A stretch of DNA of 62,420 nucleotides, filler included. It is 12 parts of 12 records of this genome, joined end to end, with 100 filler letters (N's around TTAATTAATTAA, not from the genome) between each part and the next. Parts side by side here need not be neighbours in the genome. Positions count along the whole stretch, not along the records: positions 46,755 to 53,565 come from SRR7504441_8014; positions 53,666 to 57,670 come from SRR7504441_8017; positions 57,771 to 62,420 come from SRR7504441_8024; 9 more parts are not named here. One strand, 5' to 3'. Shown piece by piece: positions 46,655 through 57,844 of this stretch. The notes under the pieces were generated by a model, which was given only the letters and a program-made list of their open reading frames with translations, searched no databases and was not told the DNA's origin. Positions within the stretch are counted from its first letter, which is position 1. Each line of letters begins with the position of its first letter. The position numbers and the translations under genes were made by a program.

Positions 46655-46754
46655 NNNNNNNNNNNNNNNNNNNNNNNNNNNNNNNNNNNNNNNNNNNNTT
46701 AATTAATTAANNNNNNNNNNNNNNNNNNNNNNNNNNNNNNNNNNNNNNNNNNNN

Positions 46755-47175
46755 ATCTGAGTATCTGCCTCTGTCTGCCCCACTTGCCGTCTGACTGGTA
46801 CCACGCTCCCAGGTACCTGCACGCTTCGTCCCGTGCCTTTGGGTGAATGGCGTCTCCGTTACTCCACCTGAGCTGGGCACCTCCCTCAGTGTCTCCCACC
46901 ACGAGGAGCTCAGTCTTCGAGCTATTGATCTTCAAGCCGTGCAGCCAGACCCATTCCTCATGCAAGAAGACCATCTCCTGCATGTCATTCACGCTCCGGG
47001 TCATCCAGTTCGAGTCGTCTATCAGCATCTGCGAGAGGACCTCTACCTGCCTTCCATCCACAGCCTCCGCCATTGCCCGGATGGAAGGCGAGCAGCGTGA
47101 TCCAGAGTACGCAGACCCCTGTAACCACCCAGGCCAGCCCCTCATGCCTGGACACACAGCTTGCAACTCCGGCAA
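46755..47175 (-). mobile_element. Non-LTR retrotransposon (LINE-like) reverse transcriptase fragment
   Basis: GWLQGSAYSG (QG motif), MLIDDS (catalytic xxDD), GLKINSSKT and RYLGAW in the expected order; 5' truncated and cut by the spacer. Confidence 0.82.
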
Positions 47176-47677
47176 CTCTCAGCCCCCCACCTGCCACCCG
47201 GGCCAGCCCCCCCCCTAGCCAGATGATTGGGGCTGTCAGTCCATGTATTAAAAGTCTACTGATCAGACCGCTCTTCACTAAGCTGACGCCGTACGACAGG
47301 CCTACGGCCAGACGCGCCACCCATGTCTTTTCAATGCTTCGAGCTGCCAAGTACCGTACCGCATTACCCGACATCTCGAGGGGCTCGCTCCCTCCCGGCA
47401 CAGAGAGACCGGTATGCCTCCCGCTCCCGCCCCCATCTCCCGGGCTCCGGTTGTGGTTGTGGTTGGTGTTCTTGATCGGTTCTGACATCGCTGTCAACGG
47501 AGTTCTAAGACATGACATGATAACTACAATGTATGCAAATGATTCAATTCAAGTCCCGGGGGGGGAGGGGCACGAGGCCATTTTGATTCCCTCAGGTGGA
47601 GGTGCCCTCATACAATCGTAGCCTGCAAGTCGATCACACGTGCACGTGATGGGCGTATTTCAAGTCGTACCGCGGGC

Positions 47678-48673
47678 ATGATGGAGCTCGAGCCGGGGTC
47701 GCGTGTGGTGACGCATGGGCTTGTGAACGACGAGATGAATAACCTGGTCTGCGTCTGCCTCCAATGGGTGCAGGCCGCAGGCCGCTGGATTGTCAAGGCG
47801 CACGGCTCTCTCAACGTGTACCGGGTCCGCCCGTCCAAACTCAGGCTCTGCGCTCTGCAGGAGGCCCCATCGGCCCGGGTCGCCGCCACCGTCGCGCGAG
47901 AGCAAGCCGGCCGCCGCAGGGCGCTCGAGGCCGAAGAGGCCGCCCGTCGGTTTTTGCGGGCCGAGGTGGAGGAGAGCACTGTCGTAGTCCAGTCCATACA
48001 TTCTGGACCGGCCGCGACAAGCACGGTCGGCATGCTCGACCCGGCCGATGCCGACGAGGCTGGCGACGCGGTGGACGAGGCGACGGAGCGCATGGGCGGT
48101 GGGCTGCCCAGCGGGTGGCGGGTGAAATGGAGCTCGAGGTGCAGTGCGGTGTACTACGTCTCGGCAGAAGGCACCAGCCAGTGGGAGCGGCCAGACGCGG
48201 AGGACCAGGAGGGCCCAGCGGTCGAGGTCACTCCAAAGCATCAGGCTTCCCTGGCAACGGCCGCATCGCAAAAGCGCTGCCACAGAAGCGATCTCACTTA
48301 CGGATTTGTCGGACAGATCCAGAGGAACCAGCGGGATCGCAAGGCGTACCACGAGGCGGGCGAGGATGCGAGGGAGACCGAGGACAGAAACGCGACCCAG
48401 ATAGAGCCTCCGGTAGGCGGCCGACCCGAACAGCGAAAGTCTGTGATGAGTCGGCTGGGCAGTGGAGGGTCAGCAAAGCGTCAGCGTCAGACAGCCGCAG
48501 GTCGGCAAGAGGCTGACGGCCCTCGGACAACGAAGAGGAGGTACAGTTGTGAGTTTGAGGTCAAAACCTTCGAGCAAGTGATGGCCGAGAAGCGGCTCAA
48601 GCAGGCGACCGCGAATCAGACCACAAGAACTGGCGAACAGCGCTGCATCCAGTCTTTGCTGCGCCAGGCCTGA
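47678..48673 (+). CDS. WW-domain protein
   Basis: LPSGWRVKWSSRCSAVYYVSAEGTSQWERP; SH3-like N-terminal block GSRV..HGL....N..GRWIV; intronless. Confidence 0.78.
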   Translation: MMELEPGSRVVTHGLVNDEMNNLVCVCLQWVQAAGRWIVKAHGSLNVYRVRPSKLRLCALQEAPSARVAATVAREQAGRRRALEAEEAARRFLRAEVEESTVVVQSIHSGPAATSTVGMLDPADADEAGDAVDEATERMGGGLPSGWRVKWSSRCSAVYYVSAEGTSQWERPDAEDQEGPAVEVTPKHQASLATAASQKRCHRSDLTYGFVGQIQRNQRDRKAYHEAGEDARETEDRNATQIEPPVGGRPEQRKSVMSRLGSGGSAKRQRQTAAGRQEADGPRTTKRRYSCEFEVKTFEQVMAEKRLKQATANQTTRTGEQRCIQSLLRQA

Positions 48674-49290
48674 CTGGTAGTCGTACAGTGGCAGGTCAAC
48701 AGACAAGACCTACCGAGGTCTCACGAGCCGTTTTGAACCATAACGTATGAAATCGTACCGAGCCCTGTGGTGACTGAAAGGTCCACTGCAGTGGCCTAAT
48801 CCGTGCCTCCCCCGGATCTCCACAGCAAACCTTAGACATGGCGCTGGACCTAGGTACCCGTGCACTCCGAAACGGAGCCGTTTGCACAACCTGGGTCTAA
48901 CCTGGGTCCCCTAGGGTCCCCCTTGGTACTGCATTCTTGACATGTGCAATAAGTGCCATATTTGATGCCACTAGGCTCGCATGAGCTCCAAATGAGGGTG
49001 ATCGCAATTGCCCATCTGTAGATGGGTTTCCGAGATCAGACTATTAATATTACATTCATTTTACGTATCATGATCAGTTGTCGGTAACTAATTACTTGTT
49101 GTTGACTGATGGAGAAGAGTCTACGGATCACATGTACATGTATGAATGATTTAGCATGTGCTCTGGGGGTACCCTATAAGTACATGTACCTGTAAAAATT
49201 AGTTTTTGGCATCGGCCTTACAACATTTTGAATAGGTCAAACTTGCAGCATTTGGTTCGCGACGCTAAGCGCGGTCTGTAACGGGTATGC

Positions 49291-52200
49291 CTATTGCAGC
49301 GACAGGTCGCTTTCTCTCACCTCCAGCGCCTGCTGGACCCTGTCAACCGTGGCAGGATTATCGAGTCTGAAATCACATCCGAGGCCGCGCTCCAGCCGAG
49401 AGGCCAGAATCGCTTTCCGCAGAGCTGATATCACTGTAAAGGCCAGGCAGATCGGGGGCTCGCCAATACCCTTGGATCCAAAAAGGGTCTCTGTATTACA
49501 GCTGTCCTTGACAAACTTTACATTCATCTTCAAAGGCACACAGTGGTTGGATGGCGGTTTATACTCCCACGTGCCCTGGCACTTGTTCTCTCCAGTTAAC
49601 GGGTCGAGCAGAGGCTCCTCACGGAGGTAGTGACCGATACCCATCACGAACGCACCCTCTGCCTGCCCCATATCGAGAACAGGGTTGAGCGATGTCCCGG
49701 CGTCGTAAAGAATATCAGCTTGTGTAACCACTACCTCGCCAGTGAGCACATCCAGTTCAATTTCGCTGCACGCAGCACCAGAGGCATAGTATTTCCAGAG
49801 TGCCGGCTGCGGGTCCAAATCCCACCACGGAATCGGAGACGGAGTGACATCGATTCCACCGGAGCCGGGCTGAGTGTAAAATCCGGTCGCTGACATCAAC
49901 ACGCGGGTGTCGGTGGGCATTGGGCCAAATGCACGGCCTGTCACGTCTTTCCATTCGAGTGTTTCTCCAGGCTTCTCTTTTGTGAGTTGCTCCCGGACAG
50001 GGATCAGCCGGTCCAGGATTTGTTTGCAAGCCAGCACAGCAGATTCAACCATGATCTCCGAGCCCGTGCTGGCCCCGTCTGTCATCATATTAGGTTGTAC
50101 CGAGGTGTCGGGGTGGTACGCGGTGACCATGTCCATTGGCACACCCAGTGTCGCAGCCACGGCTGCCAGAACCTTGGTCAGCCCACCTTGACCCATTTCA
50201 CAGGCTTGGCTGCGGACCACCACAGATCCGTCTGGAGCGTTCACATTTACAATGGTGGTGGCACCGGATAGATTGATATAGTTTGCTGCGTACTTGAGTG
50301 GCATCATGGCCAGCCCCCGTTTCCTCCACCTGTTGGCCTGGTTGAAGCTCTCCACAGCAGCCAGCCTCTGGGCAAACCCTGTATCGCTCTTGAACTGCTC
50401 CCACATGGCTGGCATGATCCACTGAAGCATCCTTTGTCCTGTCATGTCATAGGCTTGCTCTGCAGTTTTGATATTGATCTCTCGGACGCTCTCCTGACTG
50501 ATACCAAGCTGGCGGGCAACAGCATCGATGATTATCTCTGTACGCACACACAGTCACATTTGAGCATAGATGTTATAAATGAGTCACCTGAGATCACATT
50601 GGCTTGGTAAAGACCTGGAGCGCGCACTGGCGTGTTGGAAGGATTCGACGTCTTCAACAAAGTCGCCTTGCAGCGGTAGTTAGGTATGTGGTATGCGCCG
50701 TCCTGTCGCTTGAGTATTTCGTCGACGATATAGTCGCTGTAGTCATTTGCACATCCGCAGTCAGCAAGGATTGAGTTGTCAAACACCACGAATCTGCCAT
50801 CTGCGTCTACGCCCACCTTGTAGTGCACCTTCACTGGATGGCGCGTCTCGCCAGAGATCCCCATGTCCGTCTCAATATCCATAGCAAGGCACACAGGCTG
50901 TCCCAGCTTCTGGCAGGCAACTGCCACGCCACAGTGGGCAGCAAGCTGCTTGGTGAACTTTCCACCAAAAGCGCCGCCCATCGGACGATTCTCCAATTGT
51001 ACTTGAGAAATTGGCACGTTCAGCGCCGCAGCAATGAAGCCCACTGTGCTTCCAGGGCATTGGTTTCCGCCATAAACTCGAATTCTGCCAAACTCCTCAG
51101 GGCAGGCGACCGCGGTGTGCTTCTCCATGTAAAAGTGGTTTGCGCCGCTCACAACAAAGTCTCCCTCCACTGTGATCAGCCCAGGGGTAGCCCAGGCCTT
51201 ATCAGCATCGCCCACATGGATCTGCTTATCTGGTGCACCATTTAGCCGGGAATTGTTAGCCAGCGCCTGTTCCATAGTGTAGACCCCTGGCTTGGCAGGA
51301 TCCGCATACGTCACCTGCACTGCAGCTGCAGCGGCTTCGGCAGCACGCTGTGTCTCAGCCACCATCAGCCCAAGGAGAGTGCCCGGAAATAGCGTCTCTT
51401 GCCCGATAGCGCAAAATAGAGGCTCTTCCGTAGGAACAAAGCTGGAGGAGTTCACGCCTTGGATATCATCAGAACCGACAAAAGATACGGCGCCTTCGAT
51501 CTCAAGTGCTGCTGCAGTGTCAATCGAGACTAGTTTGGCCGGCCCCCTGGTGGCAGTGACAAAGCACGCATACAGGCCCCTGTGCATCGGCATGTCACCA
51601 GAGTACCTCTGTTCGCCCGAGGTGATCTCGAAGATCTCTCTCTTTGGACCAATGTAAGTCGCACCAGGGTGGCCCTGAGGCGGCTTCGTCTCGTAAACCT
51701 GCCACACACCGGCTAAGGAATGAGTATGACTCTAAATTCTCACCTCAGAGGAGCTGGATGGCTCAAAGTATGGCAGAGGCACTGTGCTTGATACAAGTGA
51801 GGCTGGCAGCCCAGTGGCAGTCTGAGCCATTAGGCAGCTGAACCACTTGTACGCAAACACGCTTATCAGCGAGCGTCGGTAGCTGTCCTTTCCTTCGGGG
51901 TGGAGCGCGGTCCTGTACTGCTCATCGGGCTCGATAGGTATGGTGGCCGCAGCTGCCAGAACCTTCTCGAGTGTTGCCTGGTTGAGAGGCTCGCCGTCTA
52001 CTGCCTCCATCATTGCACTGGCAACGACAACCTTGGTCCCAACCGCCCCATATACCACCATCGGATTGGAGAGCACGGGCAGCGCATCTTGGCTCAGCGT
52101 GACGCGGAAGGCTGCATTGACCAAGGCGTGGGAGTTGACAGGACGAATGGAGCTCCGGAAATTGACAAATCGCTCGTCATCCGCTCCGAAAGGAATTAGG

Positions 52201-53453
52201 ATGCTTGCGACCAGCACCGGCTGCTGCAGTGGCTGCTGGAAGAAGTCACGCAGGCTCATTGTGCTGGCGACTGGTTCGGGCTCACCCAGACTGATGGCTT
52301 CGATACTGGCCCCAAGTGCCACCAGCAGCGTGGCGAGGTCGGACGGGAACCCTTCAAGCTTGTGCATCATCAAGTTGCCCGCCAGGCTGCCAGCGTTCCT
52401 CACATTGGTGTTGGCCACATGCCGGATCGTATCCCCCAGCCTCGACCAGCCCTCCTGCTCCGGGTGCTTCACCAACTCTCCTCGGAGTGCGCTGAGCGTG
52501 ACCCCTGCTCCGACACGCAGCCCGTCTCCAACCAGCCGCAGCCCGTGCAGCTCGCCGACCTGGGAGATATCAATAACCGCACACGGGCTCCAGACCGCCC
52601 CATAGACCCCAGTCGAGGTGTTGCCGTTGACCAGCCGATACACGATCCCAGCGCCAGTCAGCTCTGACACTAGCTCGGATAGCTCGGCGGCGCAGGTCAC
52701 GCTGTACCAGCTAAAACCGTCCTCGGACTCAATCCGCAACGGCGACGGCTGGAGCCCCTCGAGTTCGGCTGGGGTCGGAGGGTCGCACTCGGCTGTGTAA
52801 GGCGCCCAGTCAGCAGGAGGGTAGTTGTAGCCTTCAATCTGTTTCGAGTGCAACCCAGGCTCTGGATCGGCCACAAAGCTGTTGGCCGCGGCGTGTATCG
52901 GGGCGTACCCGGTACACCGGCACAGATTGCCGTCCAGACTCTCGAGCACGTCCGTTGTGCTCGGCTGGTCCACGGCCTTGAGCATGCCATATATGGCCAT
53001 TACCTGTCCCGGCGTGCAGAACCCGCATTGGGCTCCGTTGCAATCACCCAGCCGCTGTTGGATTGGGTGCAGCTTCCCGCCGGCCCGAGTGCGGCCCAGC
53101 CCCTCGACGGTGGTCACCGCCATTCCATCGCACGAGAGCACCGGCCGAAGGCAAGCGTTCACCGCCCGAGTCTCAAACCGCGCGCTGGACGAATCCCAGC
53201 GGGTGAGCGCCACGGCGCAGGCCCCGCAGCCGCCCTGGCCGCAGCTGAGTTTGGTGCCGGTCAGCCCGGCCTGCTCTCGGATGTACTGGAGCAGGGTGGT
53301 CTTGGGGTGCACCGAGCGCAGCCGGTGCCGTCGGCCGTTCAGGTAAACGGTGGCCGCATCGCGCCAGGCGGCCGGCGGCCGGCCTGGCGGGGCGTGCAGC
53401 AGAGTTGTCAGGTCGATCGCACCCTCCTCGGGCTCGCCGCCTCGGCCCACCAT
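49291..53453 (-). CDS. Aldehyde oxidase/xanthine dehydrogenase-family molybdoflavoenzyme; 2 introns
   Basis: 2Fe-2S GTKLSCGQGGCGAC, QCGFCTPG, GNLCRCTGY; FAD VRNAGSLAGN; Moco HFYME, MGGAFGGK, EMGQG, DMGQAEGAFVMGIG, SKGIGEPP. Confidence 0.95.
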
Positions 53454-53665
53454 ATTTTGCCCGACGTCCCAATGAGCCGTGCCCGGCTCGAGTGGTGTGA
53501 AGAGGCACGCCAACTGAATGTGACGTCGTTGGTCTGTCTGTCTGTAAAAAAAAAAAAAAAAAAAANNNNNNNNNNNNNNNNNNNNNNNNNNNNNNNNNNN
53601 NNNNNNNNNTTAATTAATTAANNNNNNNNNNNNNNNNNNNNNNNNNNNNNNNNNNNNNNNNNNNN

Positions 53666-54907
53666 TCAGTACGACCTGAATAAGGACCAGCTGCTTGATC
53701 GTGATGAGATGGAGCTTCGAGCTGTTGATCGGCGGGAGGCCGAGCGTGCGCGCGAGGCTGAACGGGCGGCCAAGCAGGAGGCTGAGCGGGCGCGGCAAGC
53801 CGAGCGGGCGGCGCTCGAGGAGGCTGAGCGGGCCAAGCGGGCCGAGCAGGCGATGTTGGCAGAGCGCAAGGCGGAGGCCGATGCGCGCGCTGAGGCCGAG
53901 CATACCAAGAGGGCGTCGGACCAGGAGGCCGAGCGGGCCAGGCAGGAGGCGGCTCGGGAGGCCGAGCGGGCCGCGCAGGAGGAGCGGGCCAGGGAGGCGG
54001 CCGAGCGGGCGGCCGAGCGGAAGGCGCAGGCAGAGGCAAGGGCGGAGGCTGACAGGGCGCGACAGGCCGAGCAGGCGGCGAGGGAGGAGGCCGAGCGGGC
54101 CCGCGAGGCGGAGAGGGCGGCCAGGGAGGAGGCCGAGCAGGCCAAGGAGGCCGAGTGGCAGGCCAAGGAGCAGGCGATGCGGGCGGCCGAGCGGGAGGCC
54201 AGGGAGGAGGCCGAGCGCGCAAAGCAAGCCGCACGCGAGGCCCAGGAGGAGTTGGCGCGAGCCAAGCAAGCCGAGCAGCTGGCCAAGGAGGCGGCCGAGA
54301 AGGCCAGCCAGCAGCAGGCCGAGATGGCCGCCAAAGAGCACGCCGCCCGCGAGGCCCAGGAGGAGAACGAGAAGGCCACTCTCGAGACAGCCAAGAGAGC
54401 GGCTCAGATCGCAGACAGGTTGGCTCAGGACGAAGCGGCGCTCGCAGATCGCGAGGCGGCCCATGAGGCGGAACGGGCGGCCCAGCAGGCAGAGGCCGAG
54501 ACGGCGCGGGAGGCGGCCCGGCTGGCGCGGGAGCAGGCGGAGCGGGCGCTGCTGGCCAGGTCGGAGATGGAGAAGGAGCAGCGTGGGATGCTGGCGGACC
54601 GGCAAGCCGAGCTCGAGCGGAGTGAGGAGCTGGCCAGTAAGGTCTTTGATCAAATCGACAAGAACGGGGACGGAGTCATCTCGAGGGACGAGTGGGAAGG
54701 TGCCCGGGCGGCCAGGCCGCAGCTGAGCCGGGGGCAGGATTCATGCTGATGGCCCCGCCCGCGAGCCGGCCGGACGAAGATCAGGTGGAGCGGCTGCTCA
54801 AGATGCACCTGAAGGATCGACGGGCCCGGCCGCCGAGCGGGCCCCAGTACCAAGACTGGGCGATTGCCACGCTAGACCGGCCGGCCCGGACCAGGTTCGA
54901 GTCGTAG
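53666..54907 (+). CDS. Long Ala/Glu/Arg-rich (EAERA) coiled-coil protein with C-terminal EF-hand, 5' truncated
   Basis: Repeated AREEAERA units and VFDQIDKNGDGVISRDEW; a GT-AG intron near 54700-54737 leads to a stop at 54907. Confidence 0.75.
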
Positions 54908-55039
54908 CGCTGGGGTAGCTGAATAATGAATCAATCGCTTGTAATTGTATTAGGGCTAGGCTGCAGCTCCAAGTGCTGCTCCCGGATCCGGTCCGAGCCC
55001 CCTCGGGCAGCTATCCGGGGTCGTTGCCCACAGCCCGCC

Positions 55040-55222
55040 TCATAGGGCGGTAGGCCGCTGTCGGGTGGGGGCCGGCGGGGCCTCCTGCCTGGGCCGGCTG
55101 GCCTCTCGGGCGGCCTCCGCCTGCTCGACCTCCTCCTGCCGCCGGGTGAGCCGACAGCGGCCCGGCCAGCGCACGATGTCGGTGTCCTTCAGCTCGATCC
55201 GCGTCGGCTTGCGTCGCAGCAT
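55040..55222 (-). CDS. CDC26: Anaphase-promoting complex subunit CDC26 (APC12)
   Basis: MLRRKPTRIELKDTDI joins EEVE after removing a 39-nt in-frame GT-AG intron; the CDC26 N-terminus is MLRRKPTR.ELK..DIEE. Confidence 0.9.
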   Translation of the reverse strand: MLRRKPTRIELKDTDIVRWPGRCRLTRRQEEVEQAEAAREASRPRQEAPPAPTRQRPTAL

Positions 55223-55349
55223 CCCCCCGGCCTGGCCCCGCGCAGTCAAGCCCTGCTGCTCCGGCGGCATCTCAAACCTCTTTTTTCTTTTTTTTTTCGC
55301 CGGGATGGGCACATGACCTCGGAGACAGTGAGCAAGCGCGGCTGCACAC

Positions 55350-55841
55350 ATGCGGCCGCCGCCGGTGTGTGGCGCGGCCTGGCGGCGGCTGGCCCAGCTG
55401 CAACTCAAGCTCCGCCTGGCCAACTGCCCGTCCCCCATCGACACCCGCCGGGCCTGCCGCGGCGAGGCGGGGGCGCTGCTCCCGGCGGTCCGATACATCC
55501 TGTGCGCTATGTCGGCCAAGGTCTACCAGGCGGTCACCTGCCGGCTGGGCCCGCTGCTTGACGACCGGTCGCTGGTGCACGCCGCGCTCGAGGCCCTGAC
55601 AAGACTGACCGGCGGCCGTCCGTCGATGGAGTGCGATCAGTTCCTGGGCCCCGGGGAGCCCCTGGTCAAGATAGAGGTGGTGGAGGAGCTGTTCGACGCG
55701 TGCGCCGGGCTGCACAACCAGGGGACCGGCAAGCAGCCGGACAACGGCTGGCTGCGGGCGTTGCCGATGGACGATCTGTTCCAGGTTATCATCGACGGGC
55801 TGGAGATGATCCGAGACAGACATGAGCGGTCCGGCGCGTGA
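55350..55841 (+). CDS. CEP44: CEP44-domain (centrosomal) protein
   Basis: L..L...LRLANCP..ID......G...ALLP...Y.....S..V...DD..L......L......RP.M...QF..G....KI.VV..LF aligns with the CEP44 N-terminal domain as I recall it. Confidence 0.7.
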   Translation: MRPPPVCGAAWRRLAQLQLKLRLANCPSPIDTRRACRGEAGALLPAVRYILCAMSAKVYQAVTCRLGPLLDDRSLVHAALEALTRLTGGRPSMECDQFLGPGEPLVKIEVVEELFDACAGLHNQGTGKQPDNGWLRALPMDDLFQVIIDGLEMIRDRHERSGA

Positions 55842-55912
55842 GAGCTCTGGGGGCCACGCGCTGTCATTGCTGCTTGGCTTGTCACTAGCTCTCAACAGGT
55901 TCAAAGAAACAT

Positions 55913-56000
55913 ACGGTTACTCGTACTTGCGTACTCGTACGAGTACTTGGTGTACTCGTACGAGTACAATACTCGATCGTACGACATGGTACGAGTACGA
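55913..56000. repeat. GTAC-rich palindromic repeat cluster between convergent genes
   Basis: The perfect palindrome GTACTCGTACGAGTAC occurs at 55931-55946 and 55952-55967, with partial copies around it. Confidence 0.85.
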
Positions 56001-56177
56001 AAGACATTTGAATAAGATGTAAAAGACAAATAAGATGTCAGTGAGCACGAAAGCGTGCGTAGTTATGAACAAAAGTACGAGTAAACTCTAAATATGCTTG
56101 TATTGAAACTGTCAGCATTCCGGTATCCCAAACAACACCTACAGGTGCACGGGCCCGACGCTAGGCACCACAACGAG

Positions 56178-57670
56178 CTAGCCCTGGCCGGCCTTTTTGA
56201 GCAAGTTTGCCTTGACTCGCTCGACTCCTTCCTTGATGGCGATGGCTTGCCGTTTGACGTAAATCTCGAAGTTGGTGCCAGTCCAAAAGTTCCTCATCAC
56301 AGTGATCGAAGGCTCCAGCGAGAGTGCGTAGTGCCACCAGCCATCCGGCACCATGATCGTCTCGCCCTCCCGGAGCACCACCGCGTGCGGCGAGGCCTTG
56401 GCGTACAACGGATACTTCTCAAAGTCCGGCTCGGCCAGTGGGTCTATCGGTGAGTGGCACTCTTCGCCCTCAAGCTGGCTGTACAGGTATGCTGAATCGG
56501 ACGGCGGGAAGCACACAAACAGCTTGGAGCCGCGCACCATGCTCAGCCAGGCGTGCGCGTGCTCGTTGTCATAGTGCAGCCGGGTGGTCGCCCCAGTGCA
56601 CCCGACAAACACTTTGCTCAGTGCCTGCTCGGTCTCTCTAGCCCTCATCTCGGCCTCCGGCTGCGCTTGCTCTCCGCTTAGTCCGAGCAGCCGGAGTTTG
56701 ATCTTTTCGAGCTCGGTGAGCACCGGCAGCGTGTGGTCCGCAATCCATTTGGCGTGCACCTTGACCGCCGCCCCGAGCTCGGCGCACTGAGTGAGTCCCG
56801 TCCAACCATTCAGATACAGCCTAGGGATCCGGGCAGCGGCCGCCTCGTCGCACTGGCTATCGACCCGCTCGATCGCCTGGCAGTAGTCGATGTACTGCCC
56901 GAGCGAGGCCTCGACCACCGGCACCTGCGGCATACGGCTGGGGGCCCCACAGGCCGGGCGTGCCACCGTGGACAGCGTCTCCGTCGGGAGGATCGGGGCC
57001 CTGAACTTGGCCAGCACCTGGCCCGAGCTCCAACGGATAATCTATTTATAGCACCGGCTGGTCCCCGAACCGTTGCTTGAGCTGCTCCCAGCTCCAGTCT
57101 GTGACGGCCGGCCAATCGTGCTGCATCCCTCTGATCACCTCGGCGTCCGAAGTATGACCCGCCCAGCTAGCCTCCGGCAGCCCGACGCAACTCCGCACCG
57201 GCAGCCCGACCGCCTTGTTCGGGTGAGGTATGGCCGTTAGGGCCTGGCCTGTCTCTCTGCACCGTCGGAGGTGCCGGCACACGCTCAGGTATTCATCCGG
57301 CGGCCCTGGGAGCCCAGCTTCCTCGAGCCAGGCTGGGGTCGACCATATATATATATCGGCTGGACTGGCCATCGCCGCCCGGTGCACCCCCGGCAGGAAG
57401 GCCGGCCCGGGCTCGGTGAGCTGCCCGTCCAGTTCGACCATCTCGATATCAAACTCAACCGCCGCTCCCGGCGGGATGGTCCGGGGCACCCCGATCTCCC
57501 CGTAGGCCAGCCGGGCCGGCAGGTAGGCAACCACCCGCCCGCCCAGCCGCAGGGCCCTGATGGCCTCGAGGAACCCGAGCACCACCTGCGGCTTGGCCAG
57601 CCCGAACCTTGACGGCTTGTAGTCGCCCTTCACCCGGGTGCCGTCGAAGAAGAGGTGCGAGCTGGCCAGC
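56178..57670 (-). CDS. FKBP-type PPIase domain fused to a JmjC (JMJD4/6-like) domain, 5' truncated
   Basis: FFDG...F.L...QVVLGF.EAI....LGGR....LPARLAYG..G.P..IPPGA..EFDIEMV (FKBP); LYLNGW, TRLHYD, RGSK, VPDGWWHYALSLE..ITVMRNF (JmjC); joined by one 37-nt GT-AG intron. Confidence 0.85.
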
Positions 57671-57844
57671 NNNNNNNNNNNNNNNNNNNNNNNNNNNNNN
57701 NNNNNNNNNNNNNNTTAATTAATTAANNNNNNNNNNNNNNNNNNNNNNNNNNNNNNNNNNNNNNNNNNNNGCAGCGGTGTGCCCCCTGCAGCGGTGTGCC
57801 TTTCTGAGACGAAGTCCGTTACAATAACGATCTGGGTCGGAATC

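Noticed and set aside
48886..48925. aacctgggtc repeats as telomere or MITE termini
   Set aside because: Only two to three short imperfect copies, and no matching inverted terminus was found.
53545..53565. A21 run as a retroposon poly(A) tail
   Set aside because: It sits at a contig end with no recognisable element body or target-site duplication.
53610..54726. Long overlapping ORFs in several frames and on both strands
   Set aside because: Shadow ORFs of a GC-rich repetitive EAERA coiled-coil sequence; the same applies to most short Arg/Pro/Ala-rich ORFs in the track.
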